Shown in pieces: positions 1-9,556 of a stretch of DNA of 64,000 bases. Origin of the DNA: a virus; IMG/VR virus record IMGVR_UViG_3300004481_000271, positions 32,001-96,000 of that record; one strand, 5' to 3'. The translations under genes and the position numbers were made by a program. The notes beneath the pieces were generated by a model. The model was given only the letters and a program-made list of their open reading frames with translations, was not told the DNA's origin and did not search any database. The number at the start of each line of letters is the position of its first letter. The first letter of the stretch is position 1.

Positions 1-1
1 C

Positions 2-520
2 GACTTCCGCTACCATCGCCCGAGCCGTCGTCAGTCGGCCCTCGGGATCGGCGTCGGGAAGCCGGTCCTCCCCGCCCTCGTCCAGCCCGTCCCCCCCCAG
101 GTCGGGATCGCGATCGACACGTCGGGGTCGATGTCGCCGAAGGAGCTCGCGACCGCGGTCTCCGAGGCGGACGGTATCCTCCGGGCGGTCGGGGCGGAGG
201 TGACCTTCTTCGCGTGCGATTCGCGCGTCGGGGCGGTGAAGAAGGTCCGCTCTGGGCAGGAGCTCGCGGAGTTGCTCGTCGGAGGCGGCGGGACCGACTT
301 CGCACCCGTCTTTCGCGCCGTCGAGAAGGTCCGCCCCCACCCCGAGATCCTCGTCTACGCAACGGACGGTTGCGGACCCGCCCCGGCGGAAGCCCCGGTC
401 GGCCTCCGCGTGATCTGGCTCCTCGTCGGTTCCCAGCGTCAACGACCTTGGTTTCCAGCCGGTGAATGGGGGGACTTCGTCGAGGTCGACGACCTCGACG
501 AGGTATCCTCCGCGGCGTGA
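2..520 (+). CDS. VWA-like domain protein (DUF2201-type C-terminus), 5'-truncated by the window edge
   Basis: Frame is open from base 2: ...RPSRR...VLPAL...VGIAIDTSGSMS (MIDAS DxSxS), GGGGTDF, VYATDG. Confidence 0.8.
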   Translation, partial: DFRYHRPSRRQSALGIGVGKPVLPALVQPVPPQVGIAIDTSGSMSPKELATAVSEADGILRAVGAEVTFFACDSRVGAVKKVRSGQELAELLVGGGGTDFAPVFRAVEKVRPHPEILVYATDGCGPAPAEAPVGLRVIWLLVGSQRQRPWFPAGEWGDFVEVDDLDEVSSAA

Positions 521-583
521 TCCTTGACGGCTTCCGGCGATCTGAGCAGTAACTAGATCGTGGGCGGAAGGAGCCCCCGAAAC

Positions 584-772
584 ATGGAGCTTGCCGCGGC
601 GGTCCTCGAGGGTTGGGTCGTGACCCGGCTCGGCCGGCGAAGCGTCCCCGTCCTCGCCCTCGTCCTCGGTCGGTTGTGTGACCGCTTCGAGGTCGACGCG
701 GAGCTCGCCTCGAGGCTCGTCGAGCTCGCCCGGTCCGCCTCGGCTCGGACCGCCGAGCTCCGCCCGAATTGA
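584..772 (+). CDS. small hypothetical protein
   Basis: Short ORF with genome-typical codons, AGGAG upstream, fills the gap between two plus-strand genes. Confidence 0.45.
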   Translation: MELAAAVLEGWVVTRLGRRSVPVLALVLGRLCDRFEVDAELASRLVELARSASARTAELRPN

Positions 773-785
773 AGGGGGTCGAGAC

Positions 786-1364
786 GTGGCGAAGACGAAG
801 GACCGGACGCGCCTCGGCCGTCGGTCGAAGATGAAGGGGAAGGTCTGGGAGCGGGCGGTCGCCCGACTCCTCCGCCCGATCTTCCCCGACGTCTTTCGAG
901 CTCGCCAGGACCGCCGAGGCGGCGCCGGTGTTGACGAGGGAGCCGACCTCGAGGCGACTCCCTTCTGGGTCGAAGCGAAGCACCGTTGGACCGTGAACGT
1001 CCTCGAGGGCCTCCGCCAGGCAGCGGCAAAGCAAGCGGAGAAGGGCGACGGCCGGCCAGCCGTCGTCATCGCGAAGACGGACAAGACCCCTCCCGGTTGG
1101 AGAGTCGGCCGACCGCTCGAGCCCCCGACGGCAACGATGAAGCTCGCGGACTGGCTGGTTCTAGTCGAGGACTGGGCGAGGCTCCGCCGTCTCGTCGACG
1201 AGGACCTCGAGGCTCCGGTCGGCGACGACGACGTCGTCAGGACTCCGACTTCCCCGACCGGGTCGTCCCGGACGATCCCCCCCACGTCCGAGGATGGCCC
1301 GGTCGGGGGTTCCCTCCCCGAAGCCGGCGGGGAAGACCCCGAGCTGGTAGCAGACCGGATCTAG
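786..1364 (+). CDS. Holliday junction resolvase-like PD-(D/E)xK nuclease
   Basis: SKMKGKVWERAVA...GADL...WVEAKH pattern of archaeal-type/phage Hjc. GTG start inferred at 786. Confidence 0.75.
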   Translation: MAKTKDRTRLGRRSKMKGKVWERAVARLLRPIFPDVFRARQDRRGGAGVDEGADLEATPFWVEAKHRWTVNVLEGLRQAAAKQAEKGDGRPAVVIAKTDKTPPGWRVGRPLEPPTATMKLADWLVLVEDWARLRRLVDEDLEAPVGDDDVVRTPTSPTGSSRTIPPTSEDGPVGGSLPEAGGEDPELVADRI

Positions 1365-2237
1365 ATCCTCCGCGCATCCCTGGCTCCCAGGACGACACCA
1401 GAAGGCGTTGCGCGTCGCGGTTCCCGGGATACGGGCGAGCCCCCTCGCGCACGCCAGGGGGTCGTCACAGGCTCCGCCGGCGTCCTCGCAACGTCCGCCC
1501 CAGGCGATCGCCCAGGCGCCTCGGGTGACCCGCCGGGCGGACTCGCCGGAGGCGAGCTCCCGAACGAGCTCGACGAGCCGCTCGCACCGCGGCCGCTCCC
1601 GAGCATCCCAGCGGGCCTCGCCCTCGGGGAAGGAGGGCGGCCGGCGACAGTCGAGCTCGAGCTCGCCAATCCAGCGGGAGCGGAGGGACCTCGGCGGAAC
1701 CATGCCGAGGACGACCCGTTGAAGCCGACGGAGAGCGGAGAGGGCGGTCTCCCCGTCGGAGCCGCATTCGGTGATCCGCGGGAGGACCTCCCGGCGGCAG
1801 CCCCGGGATCGGACGTTCTGGACGACCTCCCAGATCCCGACGCAGTCGCGGTCGCCGTCGAAGTCTGCCTCGGAGGTGCAGACCCGAAGGAGGGCGGTCG
1901 CGGTCGCGGTCGCGGTCTCCTCGGCGGGGATCGCCCAGAGGCGGGCGCGGGTCTCGCCCGGGGACTCCCAAGGCCAGCGGCGGATCGGGTGAGGACGGCG
2001 CGGCAGGGGGTCCGCCCGCGCGGGTTCCTCGAGCTCGCGGCGACCCGCCGAGGCGGAGAGCTCCTCGGCGGCAAGACGTCGGCCTCGCTCGAGGGCGGCC
2101 TCGAAGTCGAAGTCCTCCTCCTCGAGGGCGAGCCGAACGGCGGCGGCGTCGTCCGCTGGATCGGCGTCCTCGAGCTCGGGCGTCGTGCCGCACGACACCG
2201 CGGCGAGGACGAGAAGGGCGGCGATTGCGGACTTCAT
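1161..2237 (-). CDS. Cys-rich lipoprotein with a putative SleB/Hydrolase_2-like lytic transglycosylase domain
   Basis: Lipobox MKSAIAALLVLAAVS-C. LLRVCTSEAD...CVGIWEVVQNVR resembles the SleB motif LARxIxxEAxGE...AVxxVIxNR. GGAGG RBS. Confidence 0.55.
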   Translation of the reverse strand: MKSAIAALLVLAAVSCGTTPELEDADPADDAAAVRLALEEEDFDFEAALERGRRLAAEELSASAGRRELEEPARADPLPRRPHPIRRWPWESPGETRARLWAIPAEETATATATALLRVCTSEADFDGDRDCVGIWEVVQNVRSRGCRREVLPRITECGSDGETALSALRRLQRVVLGMVPPRSLRSRWIGELELDCRRPPSFPEGEARWDARERPRCERLVELVRELASGESARRVTRGAWAIAWGGRCEDAGGACDDPLACARGLARIPGTATRNAFWCRPGSQGCAEDLDPVCYQLGVFPAGFGEGTPDRAILGRGGDRPGRPGRGSRSPDDVVVADRSLEVLVDETAEPRPVLD

Positions 2238-2336
2238 GGCGACCTCCGGGTTGAGCCGACCGAGGACGTCCGGCCGGTCGGTCTGGACTTCTCGCGATGG
2301 TAGCGGCAGGCTCCGGAGGAGACAAGGGAGGGAGTC

Positions 2337-2978
2337 ATGCGCTGGATCCTCTTCGTCGTGACCCTACCGTGGACGCTCCTCGCGTCCTGGCCCTGGGTCC
2401 TCCTCCTCCGCGCCTTCGCGGCGAAGGACCTCCGCTTCGAGGAGCTCGGGGTCTTGACCGCCGTTTGGCGGGACTGGGTCGTGAAGCCCCGGGCCTGGCT
2501 CGGAGCCCGGACGCGGGCGGACGGCGAGGTTCTCCTCGACGAGGACGGTCGGGTCGTCTACCGGAACCTATGGCGATGGTCGACGACGATCGGCCGAGGG
2601 ATCGTCTACCAGCCCGGCGCCCGAAGGGCCCGGCCGGAGGATCCGCGGACCGCGACCGAAGACCACGAGCTCGTCCACGTCCGCCAGGCAGAAGATCGAA
2701 TGGTGCTCTCCCTCGTTGTCGGCCTCGCCGTCCTCCTTGCCGTCGGCCTCGCCGTCGGGGACTGGCCCCTCGCCGGCGTCCTCGGCGCCGTCCTCTGGGC
2801 ATCCGGCGGGAGCTGGCAAGCCCCGAGCTTCCTTGCCGCCGGGATGCGTCACGGGTGGAGCCTCGAGGGCGTCTACCGTCAAGCGGAGCATGAGCGAAGC
2901 GCCCGCGCCCAGACCTCGCGATGGTGCTCGGGGAAGTCCTGGCTCGGCGAGGAGCGGCGGAAGGCGGACGTCCGATGA
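2337..2978 (+). CDS. membrane protein with HExxH zinc-metallopeptidase motif
   Basis: N-terminal hydrophobic segment, HELVHVRQ, further TM helices, downstream YRQAEHERSA. Strong RBS. Confidence 0.7.
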   Translation: MRWILFVVTLPWTLLASWPWVLLLRAFAAKDLRFEELGVLTAVWRDWVVKPRAWLGARTRADGEVLLDEDGRVVYRNLWRWSTTIGRGIVYQPGARRARPEDPRTATEDHELVHVRQAEDRMVLSLVVGLAVLLAVGLAVGDWPLAGVLGAVLWASGGSWQAPSFLAAGMRHGWSLEGVYRQAEHERSARAQTSRWCSGKSWLGEERRKADVR

Positions 2979-3379
2979 CCGGCCCGGAATGGAAGACCGC
3001 GACCTGGACTTGCGGGCGGTGCGGACTCGAGACGAGCCAGCGGTTCCACGTCCCGACGGACGGCGACCCGGCGAAGGCTCCCCCGCCGGAGCCCTGGACC
3101 TTCGAGGTCGGCGAGGGAGGGAAGTCCTACTTCTGCGGGGAATGCTCGCGGACCCGGAAGGCGGAGCGGAGGGCGGAGGAGATCCCCGCCTCGGCGACGT
3201 TCGGGGAATGCGCCGACGAGGAAGAAACCCTCGCGGTCTGGGCGGACGAGCATCTTTGCCTCCGGTGCGCCCACTCGGACCTTTGCCGCTTCGTCCCGAC
3301 CGATCCGTCCTATCAGACCTTCGCAACGATCCGACGTTGCCGTCGGTTCGTCTTCGATCTCGATCGCGACGAGACCTGA
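2975..3379 (+). CDS. zinc-finger protein
   Basis: CGRC, CGEC, CLRCxHxxxC. ATGA overlap with the upstream gene. Confidence 0.65.
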   Translation: MTGPEWKTATWTCGRCGLETSQRFHVPTDGDPAKAPPPEPWTFEVGEGGKSYFCGECSRTRKAERRAEEIPASATFGECADEEETLAVWADEHLCLRCAHSDLCRFVPTDPSYQTFATIRRCRRFVFDLDRDET

Positions 3380-3462
3380 TAGAATCCGCCCCGGGCGTCG
3401 GACGAACTCGGACGGAGGAGAGCCTTCCCCCTCCTCTCCCTCGAGGGCGTCCGGCGCCTTCT

Positions 3463-4014
3463 CTATCTTGCCGCTTCGGGGATCGCTGATAGGGCGTAGG
3501 CGGTTAGGGCAACGAGCCCGCCGGTCACGACAGCCCCGACGGCGAGCCAGAGGGAGGGCGAGCGCCACCATACGCGGGCGGACTCCTCGGTCTCGCGACG
3601 GAGGCGGACGGCCTCGGCGAGGGCGTCGGCGGCCCTCCGCTCCCCCTCCTCGGCGAGCTCGACGACGAGCCGGAGCCGCTCGACTTGATCGTCCCGGAGC
3701 TCGAGCCGCTCCTCGAGGAGGGAGACCCGTTGACGGAGGACCGGAAGCTCCTCGAGGTCGGCGAGCATCTGGCGGGCGACGTCCGCCCGAAACCAGACCC
3801 CGACCGCCCCGGCGTGTTCGATCGTCGCCCGGCGTGGAGCCTCCGATTCCGCTTCCTCTCCCCGGGCGGCCGCGCCGAAGACGAGGAGGGCCCCGAGAAT
3901 GGCCCCCAGGGCGACGAGGAGGGCGAAGCGGGGCGTCCCGCTATCCCGGGAGACCTTCGGCTCGAGGGCCCTCTGGGCGGCGTGTAGAGCTCGCGGGTCG
4001 CTTGTCCAGATCAT
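3463..4014 (-). CDS. membrane coiled-coil protein (possible spanin-like lysis accessory)
   Basis: Hydrophobic signal/TM segment, coiled coil, C-terminal TM helix. Last gene of the putative lysis block. Confidence 0.5.
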   Translation of the reverse strand: MIWTSDPRALHAAQRALEPKVSRDSGTPRFALLVALGAILGALLVFGAAARGEEAESEAPRRATIEHAGAVGVWFRADVARQMLADLEELPVLRQRVSLLEERLELRDDQVERLRLVVELAEEGERRAADALAEAVRLRRETEESARVWWRSPSLWLAVGAVVTGGLVALTAYALSAIPEAAR

Positions 4015-4038
4015 CGGCCTTCCCCGTTCTCGCCCGGT

Positions 4039-4392
4039 CTAGTAGCCGAGGCGGGCGAACTCCTCGACGAGCTCGTCGTCGGGAACGTCCGCCCGGCGGC
4101 GGGCGGTCTCGATCGCGAGGCGGTTCTCCTCGAGGGCGACATCGATCTCCCGAACCTTCTCCTCGTCCCGGTCGTCCTGGGCGAGGAGCTCCTCCCGGCG
4201 AGCTCGGAGGACCTCGACCTCGCGGAGGGCCCGCTCGACCTCGAGAGCGTCGCGGAGCCCGGCGACCTTCCGCCGGTAGGCGCCGACCGCGAGGGCGGCC
4301 CCCAGGGCGACGACAAGGGCCCCGCCGAGGGCGGGGACGATGACCTTCCACCACTTCCGGAGCCAGCCCCAGGCGGCGCGGAGAGCCTTCAC
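4039..4392 (-). CDS. N-anchored coiled-coil protein (i-spanin-like)
   Basis: GTG start, WxWLRKWWK followed by a TM helix and a helical coiled coil. Confidence 0.55.
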   Translation of the reverse strand: MKALRAAWGWLRKWWKVIVPALGGALVVALGAALAVGAYRRKVAGLRDALEVERALREVEVLRARREELLAQDDRDEEKVREIDVALEENRLAIETARRRADVPDDELVEEFARLGY

Positions 4393-4556
4393 GGGTCGAC
4401 CTCCTCGTCCTCGAGGTCGAGCGCCCCGTAGGGCCCCGCCTCGACGAGCTCGCCGCAGTTGACGCAGTCGAGGTCCCCGGTCGGTTGATCCCGACGGAGC
4501 TCCGACGAGCCGCAAGCTGGGCAGACCTCGAGGGGCTCCGGCCGAGCTCGGGTCAC
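4389..4556 (-). CDS. TFIIB-type zinc-ribbon small protein
   Basis: CPACGS...GDLDCVNCG. 4-bp overlaps with both neighbours. Confidence 0.6.
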   Translation of the reverse strand: MTRARPEPLEVCPACGSSELRRDQPTGDLDCVNCGELVEAGPYGALDLEDEEVDP

Positions 4557-4930
4557 GACGAGCCCCCAGCGTCGAGGTCGAGGTCGAGCTCGACTCCCTT
4601 CTTTTTCGCGATCCCCTTCACGACCGCGAACGCCCAGGTCGAGAAGAGCCCGGCGCCGGCGTAGTAGACGGCGAGGGCGGCCATGGTCTCGGGGACGTTC
4701 GGCGAGGCGGGGAGTCCCGGGATCAGACCAAAGAGGGTGCCGGCGACGACCGGATGAAGCGGGAGGGTCTTCCGCGCCCACCAGAAGAAGCCGGCTCTCG
4801 CCCCCTTCCCCTTCGCCCGAGCCTCCGTCCACACCGCGGCCTTGAAGATCTGGACCACGATCGCGGCGGTCAGGGCGAAGACGAGGAACGGCCAGTGACT
4901 CGTGATGAAGGAGACGACGTCGTCGAACAT
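4553..4930 (-). CDS. putative holin
   Basis: 125 aa, about 3 TM helices, charged C-terminus, next to the putative endolysin. Confidence 0.6.
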   Translation of the reverse strand: MFDDVVSFITSHWPFLVFALTAAIVVQIFKAAVWTEARAKGKGARAGFFWWARKTLPLHPVVAGTLFGLIPGLPASPNVPETMAALAVYYAGAGLFSTWAFAVVKGIAKKKGVELDLDLDAGGSS

Positions 4931-4939
4931 GAGGACCTC

Positions 4940-5791
4940 CTATCGGGGCGGAAGGGCGCAAGCCCCCCGATCGAGCCGCTCCGCCCATCGGGAGAGGACC
5001 CGCCAGAGCCCCGCGTTGACGAAGTTGAAAGCCCAGCCGATGAGCCCGTGGACCTCGACCGGTGAGTCGAGGAAGTCGTCGAGGTGTTCCTCGAGCTCCT
5101 CCGGCGTCTTCGAGACCGCCTTCCGGTTCTTGCCCGACATCGGGAGAGCGGGGTCGGCCTTGACGAACTTGTAGACCCCGAAGCTCGGGACGACGGCGTC
5201 GAAGCCGATCTCCGCATAGTCGGCGAGTCCCTCGAGGACCCTGGTCTTCGGGACGTCGTAGAGCTGGGGGGAACCGTAGTCACATTCGACGGTCGGGTCG
5301 CCTTCGACCCCAGGCTCGGCGAACGCTCCGAAGGGGAAGCTCCGGTGACCGCGCGGGAGCCCGTAGGAGGTGAGCCCGAGGGCGATGTAGGGGTTTCGTC
5401 CCTCGATGGCGGCCCGGCTCTTCTGGAAGAGCTCGGCGGCCTCGGCGGCGTGCCCCTTGAAGCCGAGCTCGGGGTCGAGGAGCCAGCCCGAGGTCGCCGG
5501 TCCGGTGCAGGCGAGGAGGTCCTCGACGAAGGCGTCGACGCGGTCATGCCAAGGGTATCCCCAGACGTGGGCCTGGACGCCGGCGGCGGCGAGGGCCTCC
5601 GAGTAGCGAAGGATCTCCTCCGGCCGGTTCATCCACCGGTTGCCCTTCCGCGGGTCGTCGTGCCAGGGTCCGCCGATCGCAGCCCAGCGAAGCCCCGCGT
5701 CGGCGAGCTTCTTCGCGAGCTCCTTCGGTGTTCCGTGTCGCTTCTTCGAGAACGCCCGGAGATAGAGCGCGAGTCCGATCGGTGCGTCCAT
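4940..5791 (-). CDS. glycoside-hydrolase-like TIM-barrel protein, putative endolysin
   Basis: Alternating beta/alpha pattern with HVWGYP, GWLLDPE (DxE) and SPQLY. Lies between the tail fibre and the holin-like gene. Confidence 0.5.
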   Translation of the reverse strand: MDAPIGLALYLRAFSKKRHGTPKELAKKLADAGLRWAAIGGPWHDDPRKGNRWMNRPEEILRYSEALAAAGVQAHVWGYPWHDRVDAFVEDLLACTGPATSGWLLDPELGFKGHAAEAAELFQKSRAAIEGRNPYIALGLTSYGLPRGHRSFPFGAFAEPGVEGDPTVECDYGSPQLYDVPKTRVLEGLADYAEIGFDAVVPSFGVYKFVKADPALPMSGKNRKAVSKTPEELEEHLDDFLDSPVEVHGLIGWAFNFVNAGLWRVLSRWAERLDRGACALPPR

Positions 5792-5824
5792 GCCTTCCCC
5801 TCCTCGAAGGGAGAGGATACCGCG

Positions 5825-7777
5825 TCACGACCGGATCGCGCCAGGTCCGCCGATGAGGGAGACGAGAAGGTCGCGGTTCGCGGCGTCGCCCTGGAGATAG
5901 AGCCCGGCAAGATAGAAGAGCGTCCGCTCGTTGGAAAAGTCGCCGGCGTTTCCGAGGTAGTGCAACCCCCAGGTCACCCCGAGATCTCGAGAGAAGGCGA
6001 CCCGCATGGACGCGGAGCCAGTGGCGAGGAGGAGCCCCCGCCCGTCGGTCGCGATGGACTCGTTCCAGTCGTCCATGTTGACAGACCGCATCGCCCAGGC
6101 CGTCCCGACAGCGTTCGTCGACACCCAGACGTCACCGTCGATCGTGAGTCCGACCCATCGCTCGGCGCGAGGCTCCCAGACGAGGTCGGTGAAGTAGCGT
6201 CCGGCGCCGTCGGTGTTCGCGAGGACCTCAGTCCAGGTGTCCCCACCGTCGATCGAGCGGAGGATCGCGGAGCCGGCGGCCTTCTCGCCACCGCAAAGGA
6301 TCGTTCCGTTCCCGTCGTGGGCAAGGCAGAAGAGATCGGCCGTCGTCGGGAGCGTCGTCGGGGAAGCCCACGCAGCGGTTCCGTCAGCCGTCCGCGCGAC
6401 GGCACCAGCGGTCCCGCCCCCTCCGACACCGCACGCGATGAAGTAGCCGGAGGCGGCGTCATAGATCACGTCCCGGAGCTCGTCGCCGGCGGCGGTGAGG
6501 GTCGCGGGGAGGTTTGCCGAGCGGTCGGTCCACGCAGCGGCGGTCGAGGCGGCCGACTCTGCCATCGCCCCGGCGGCGGCGGAGGTCCGCCCGACGGCAA
6601 CCCAGAGGGTCTCGGCGTCTGCCCAGACGACGGCCCGAGCTCGATCGTGGGCGGCGCCGAAGGCTCGGGCCGTCCACGTCTCGAGAGGGTTGTCCGTCGT
6701 GAAGGCGGAGCTCGTCGCCCCGTCGTCCGCGACGGCGCACCACACGGGGACCTGGGCAACCCCGTCCGAGAAGCGGACGTCGACCCCGCGCACCCGAAGA
6801 GCTCCGGCCCCGCCGGTGACGTCCGCCATCCGGGTGAAGTTGAGAGCGTTCAGAACCCCGCCTTGTTCGGCGCCGGCCTCGATCTCGCCGAGGAGCTCGA
6901 CGATCTGGTCGTAGACCGACCCAGCACCGATCGACGTCGCTCCGGACGTCGCGGCCGCGGAGCCGACCCGGTCGGAACCGGCGGCGGCGACGAGGTCGGA
7001 GACGAGCTTGTCGAGCTGTGCTTCGACCGTCGCGGCGGGGTTCGTCGTCCCGTCGTGCCAGGCTCCGCCGCCGGCGTAGTCGACCGCAGAGGCGAGGTGT
7101 TGGCTTGCAGCGGCGGCGATGTGATCGGCGAGGTCGGTGTCGCCGGCGTCGAGGTGATCGGCGAGGGACTGGACCGCTTCCTCGACGGTCCCGACGGCGA
7201 CGGCGTTCGTCGCGCCGGACGTCCGGATCGCCCACTCCCGGCGGGAGTCGTCGATGTCCGCGTTGAAGATCTGGGTCATCCCGAAGGTCAGGAGGACATC
7301 GGCGAGGAGGATCTCGTCAGCCCGAGCGGCGGGTCGTGTCGGCGTGACCGCCTCGGCTCCCTGGGCAACGTGGAGCTCGAAGCCCTCGGCGCGGGAGAAG
7401 TAGACCGAGGCTCCGGTCCCGTCGAGCCGAGGGTCGGAGAGGACCCGCTTGAACTGGGCGAAGATCGTGATCCACTTCGAGTTGCCCGGAGTCGTGACCG
7501 CCGTCGAATTGCTGTTTTCGTCGACGGTGCAGTCGACGTCCTGGGTCGGGGACCATGAGATCCGCTGCCCGGTCTGGTCGTAGATCGTCGCCGGCCCGGA
7601 GACGTCGACCGTCATGTTCGGCGTCCCGGCGTTCTCGGTCACGACTCCGCCCGTCGTTACCCCGACAACCCCGTTGTCGAGCGCCCAGTTGAAGAGGGCG
7701 TCCTCGATCGCGTCGAAGGCGGAGTCGAGCTCGCCCTCGGTGACCTTCTGCCGGAAGAAGAAGTTGAAGCGGTCCAT
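5825..7777 (-). CDS. tail fibre / receptor-binding protein with C-terminal beta-propeller
   Basis: Baseplate-attachment-type N-terminus (FFFRQKVTEGELD). C-terminal BNR/Asp-box-like repeats (SIDGGDTW, SRDLGVTW). Confidence 0.75.
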   Translation of the reverse strand: MDRFNFFFRQKVTEGELDSAFDAIEDALFNWALDNGVVGVTTGGVVTENAGTPNMTVDVSGPATIYDQTGQRISWSPTQDVDCTVDENSNSTAVTTPGNSKWITIFAQFKRVLSDPRLDGTGASVYFSRAEGFELHVAQGAEAVTPTRPAARADEILLADVLLTFGMTQIFNADIDDSRREWAIRTSGATNAVAVGTVEEAVQSLADHLDAGDTDLADHIAAAASQHLASAVDYAGGGAWHDGTTNPAATVEAQLDKLVSDLVAAAGSDRVGSAAATSGATSIGAGSVYDQIVELLGEIEAGAEQGGVLNALNFTRMADVTGGAGALRVRGVDVRFSDGVAQVPVWCAVADDGATSSAFTTDNPLETWTARAFGAAHDRARAVVWADAETLWVAVGRTSAAAGAMAESAASTAAAWTDRSANLPATLTAAGDELRDVIYDAASGYFIACGVGGGGTAGAVARTADGTAAWASPTTLPTTADLFCLAHDGNGTILCGGEKAAGSAILRSIDGGDTWTEVLANTDGAGRYFTDLVWEPRAERWVGLTIDGDVWVSTNAVGTAWAMRSVNMDDWNESIATDGRGLLLATGSASMRVAFSRDLGVTWGLHYLGNAGDFSNERTLFYLAGLYLQGDAANRDLLVSLIGGPGAIRS

Positions 7778-7786
7778 CGCGTCCTC

Positions 7787-9556
7787 CTAGTGGAGCGTCC
7801 AGTTGCCCGACGGCCCCGCCGTCTCGCCGAGCTCGGAAAGTCCGAGCTCGAGGTGATCGACGACCTCGGCGGTCGTCGGCTCGACGATCCGGACGAGGTG
7901 GGTGTGAGCCGGCTTCATCAGCTCCGCGATCGCTACGATCCGGGTTCGCTCCTCGTCCGTCAAGACGACCGGGGAGACGATCTCGAAGGAGTAGAGGAGC
8001 CGTCGCTCGCCCGGCCCGAGCTCGGCGGCGTCGGCCGGCTCGACCGTGTCGCTCGAGAGCTCGTCCCCCGGGCCGGCCGGCGGGGACTGTCCGTCGAGGG
8101 TCGGCGAGTCGGAACTTGCGAGCTCCCAGCCGATCCCGTTGTAGATCTCGATCGTGACGTCGAGCCCAAGGAAGAAGCGGACGACGTCGATGATCCCGTC
8201 CTCCGTCCCCTTCTCCCGGTAGATGTCGACGAGGACCCGAAGGAGCCTCCGCTTGTCGATCTCCGAGAGCTCGGCGAAGGCGAAGGGGTTCCCCAGGTCG
8301 GCAAGCATCGCGTCGAGGTAGCGGGCGGGCGCGAGGTCCGGGTCGAGGATGTCGGTCCAGTCGTCGACCTGTTTCAAGAGGAGGTCGAAGACGTCTTGCA
8401 GGCAGGCGACCCAGAGCTCGAGCTCACCGGTCGCGTCTTCCGTCCGGTTGATCTGGGGGAGGAGCTCGAGGAGCTCGAAGCGCCGTCCGTCCGGCCATGG
8501 GCGGTCGAGGGACTGAAACTCGACCGAGTTGTAGGGCGCGGCGACGACGTTCCCGAAGCCGTCGACGACATTCGACACCGTCAAGAGGTAGGTCGTGGCG
8601 AAGGAGAGCTCGAGGTCGACCTCGACGTCGACGGTCGACGAGTCGACCGGGGTCACTTCGACGGCCTCGACGTCGACGGTCGGAACCGCGAGCCGTTGGA
8701 AGGTGTAGTTTGCCGGGTTCAGGGCGTCGGACGTTCCGCTCGGCGAGACCTGGCGGACCTCTTCGTTGAAGGTCACCCGGACGACGAGCTGGGAGCGGGC
8801 CTCGGCGGAGACGACGCTCGGCGAGGTGAGGTCCTCCGCTCGGAAGGTGTAGGTCTCGTCGAGGGAGCTCCCCGACTCCGTCACCCGAACCTCGACCTCC
8901 TCGTCGGAGGTGAAGTCGGTCGTCGGGTCGATGACGATCCGGAGGGTCGCGGCGTCCGGGTTGGACGTCGCCGAGCCCGGCCCGTCGAAGCCGGTCTGGA
9001 ATGAGCCGGCCGAGAAGGCGAGGGTCCCGCCGACGTAGACCGCGACGTTCGCGGCGGACGGCGCCGTCCCGTCCCCGTCGTGGAGCTCGAGCTCGACGAG
9101 GGAGTCGAGCGGGACCCCGTACTCTCCCGGCTCCGGTATCCGGTTGATGAGCTCGACGATCGGCGTGAAGTCGGAGCCGACCTCGAGGGAGGTAGGGAAG
9201 CCGAGGACGGCGTTCGCCGTCCCGCCGGTGACCTGGACCGAGCTCGTCGCCCCGAAGACGTCCGAGGTGATCCTCGGCGCCCCGCCGTCGTCCTCGGCCG
9301 TCGCCCCAGTGAGCCCGGCGGTGATCGAGGCGGCGACCTCGACGGCGGTCGCCTCGGCGATGTCGTCGAAGTTGACCGCGAGGAAGGTCACGACCTGGGC
9401 GCCCCCGCCGTCGACGGAGACGGAGAGGGTCATCCCGTCGACGAGGGCGTAGGTCTCCGCGTTCCCGGCGAGGACGGTCCCGGGGGTCGCGTCGCCGAGG
9501 TCCTCGCGGACCCGGTCGAGTTGGACGGACGGGATGGAGACCTTCGTCGCCATCAT
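7787..9556 (-). CDS. baseplate wedge / tail protein I-like with Ig-like domains
   Basis: DPDLAPARYLDAMLADLG, YREKGTEDGI and KPAHT motifs of the P2 gpI family. N-terminal beta-rich domains. Confidence 0.8.
   Translation of the reverse strand: MMATKVSIPSVQLDRVREDLGDATPGTVLAGNAETYALVDGMTLSVSVDGGGAQVVTFLAVNFDDIAEATAVEVAASITAGLTGATAEDDGGAPRITSDVFGATSSVQVTGGTANAVLGFPTSLEVGSDFTPIVELINRIPEPGEYGVPLDSLVELELHDGDGTAPSAANVAVYVGGTLAFSAGSFQTGFDGPGSATSNPDAATLRIVIDPTTDFTSDEEVEVRVTESGSSLDETYTFRAEDLTSPSVVSAEARSQLVVRVTFNEEVRQVSPSGTSDALNPANYTFQRLAVPTVDVEAVEVTPVDSSTVDVEVDLELSFATTYLLTVSNVVDGFGNVVAAPYNSVEFQSLDRPWPDGRRFELLELLPQINRTEDATGELELWVACLQDVFDLLLKQVDDWTDILDPDLAPARYLDAMLADLGNPFAFAELSEIDKRRLLRVLVDIYREKGTEDGIIDVVRFFLGLDVTIEIYNGIGWELASSDSPTLDGQSPPAGPGDELSSDTVEPADAAELGPGERRLLYSFEIVSPVVLTDEERTRIVAIAELMKPAHTHLVRIVEPTTAEVVDHLELGLSELGETAGPSGNWTLH

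Noticed and set aside
5084-7558. 824-aa plus-strand ORF and the many Arg/Pro-rich alternative-frame ORFs across the window
   Set aside because: Off-frame or antisense artefacts of ~70% GC sequence overlapping well-supported genes.
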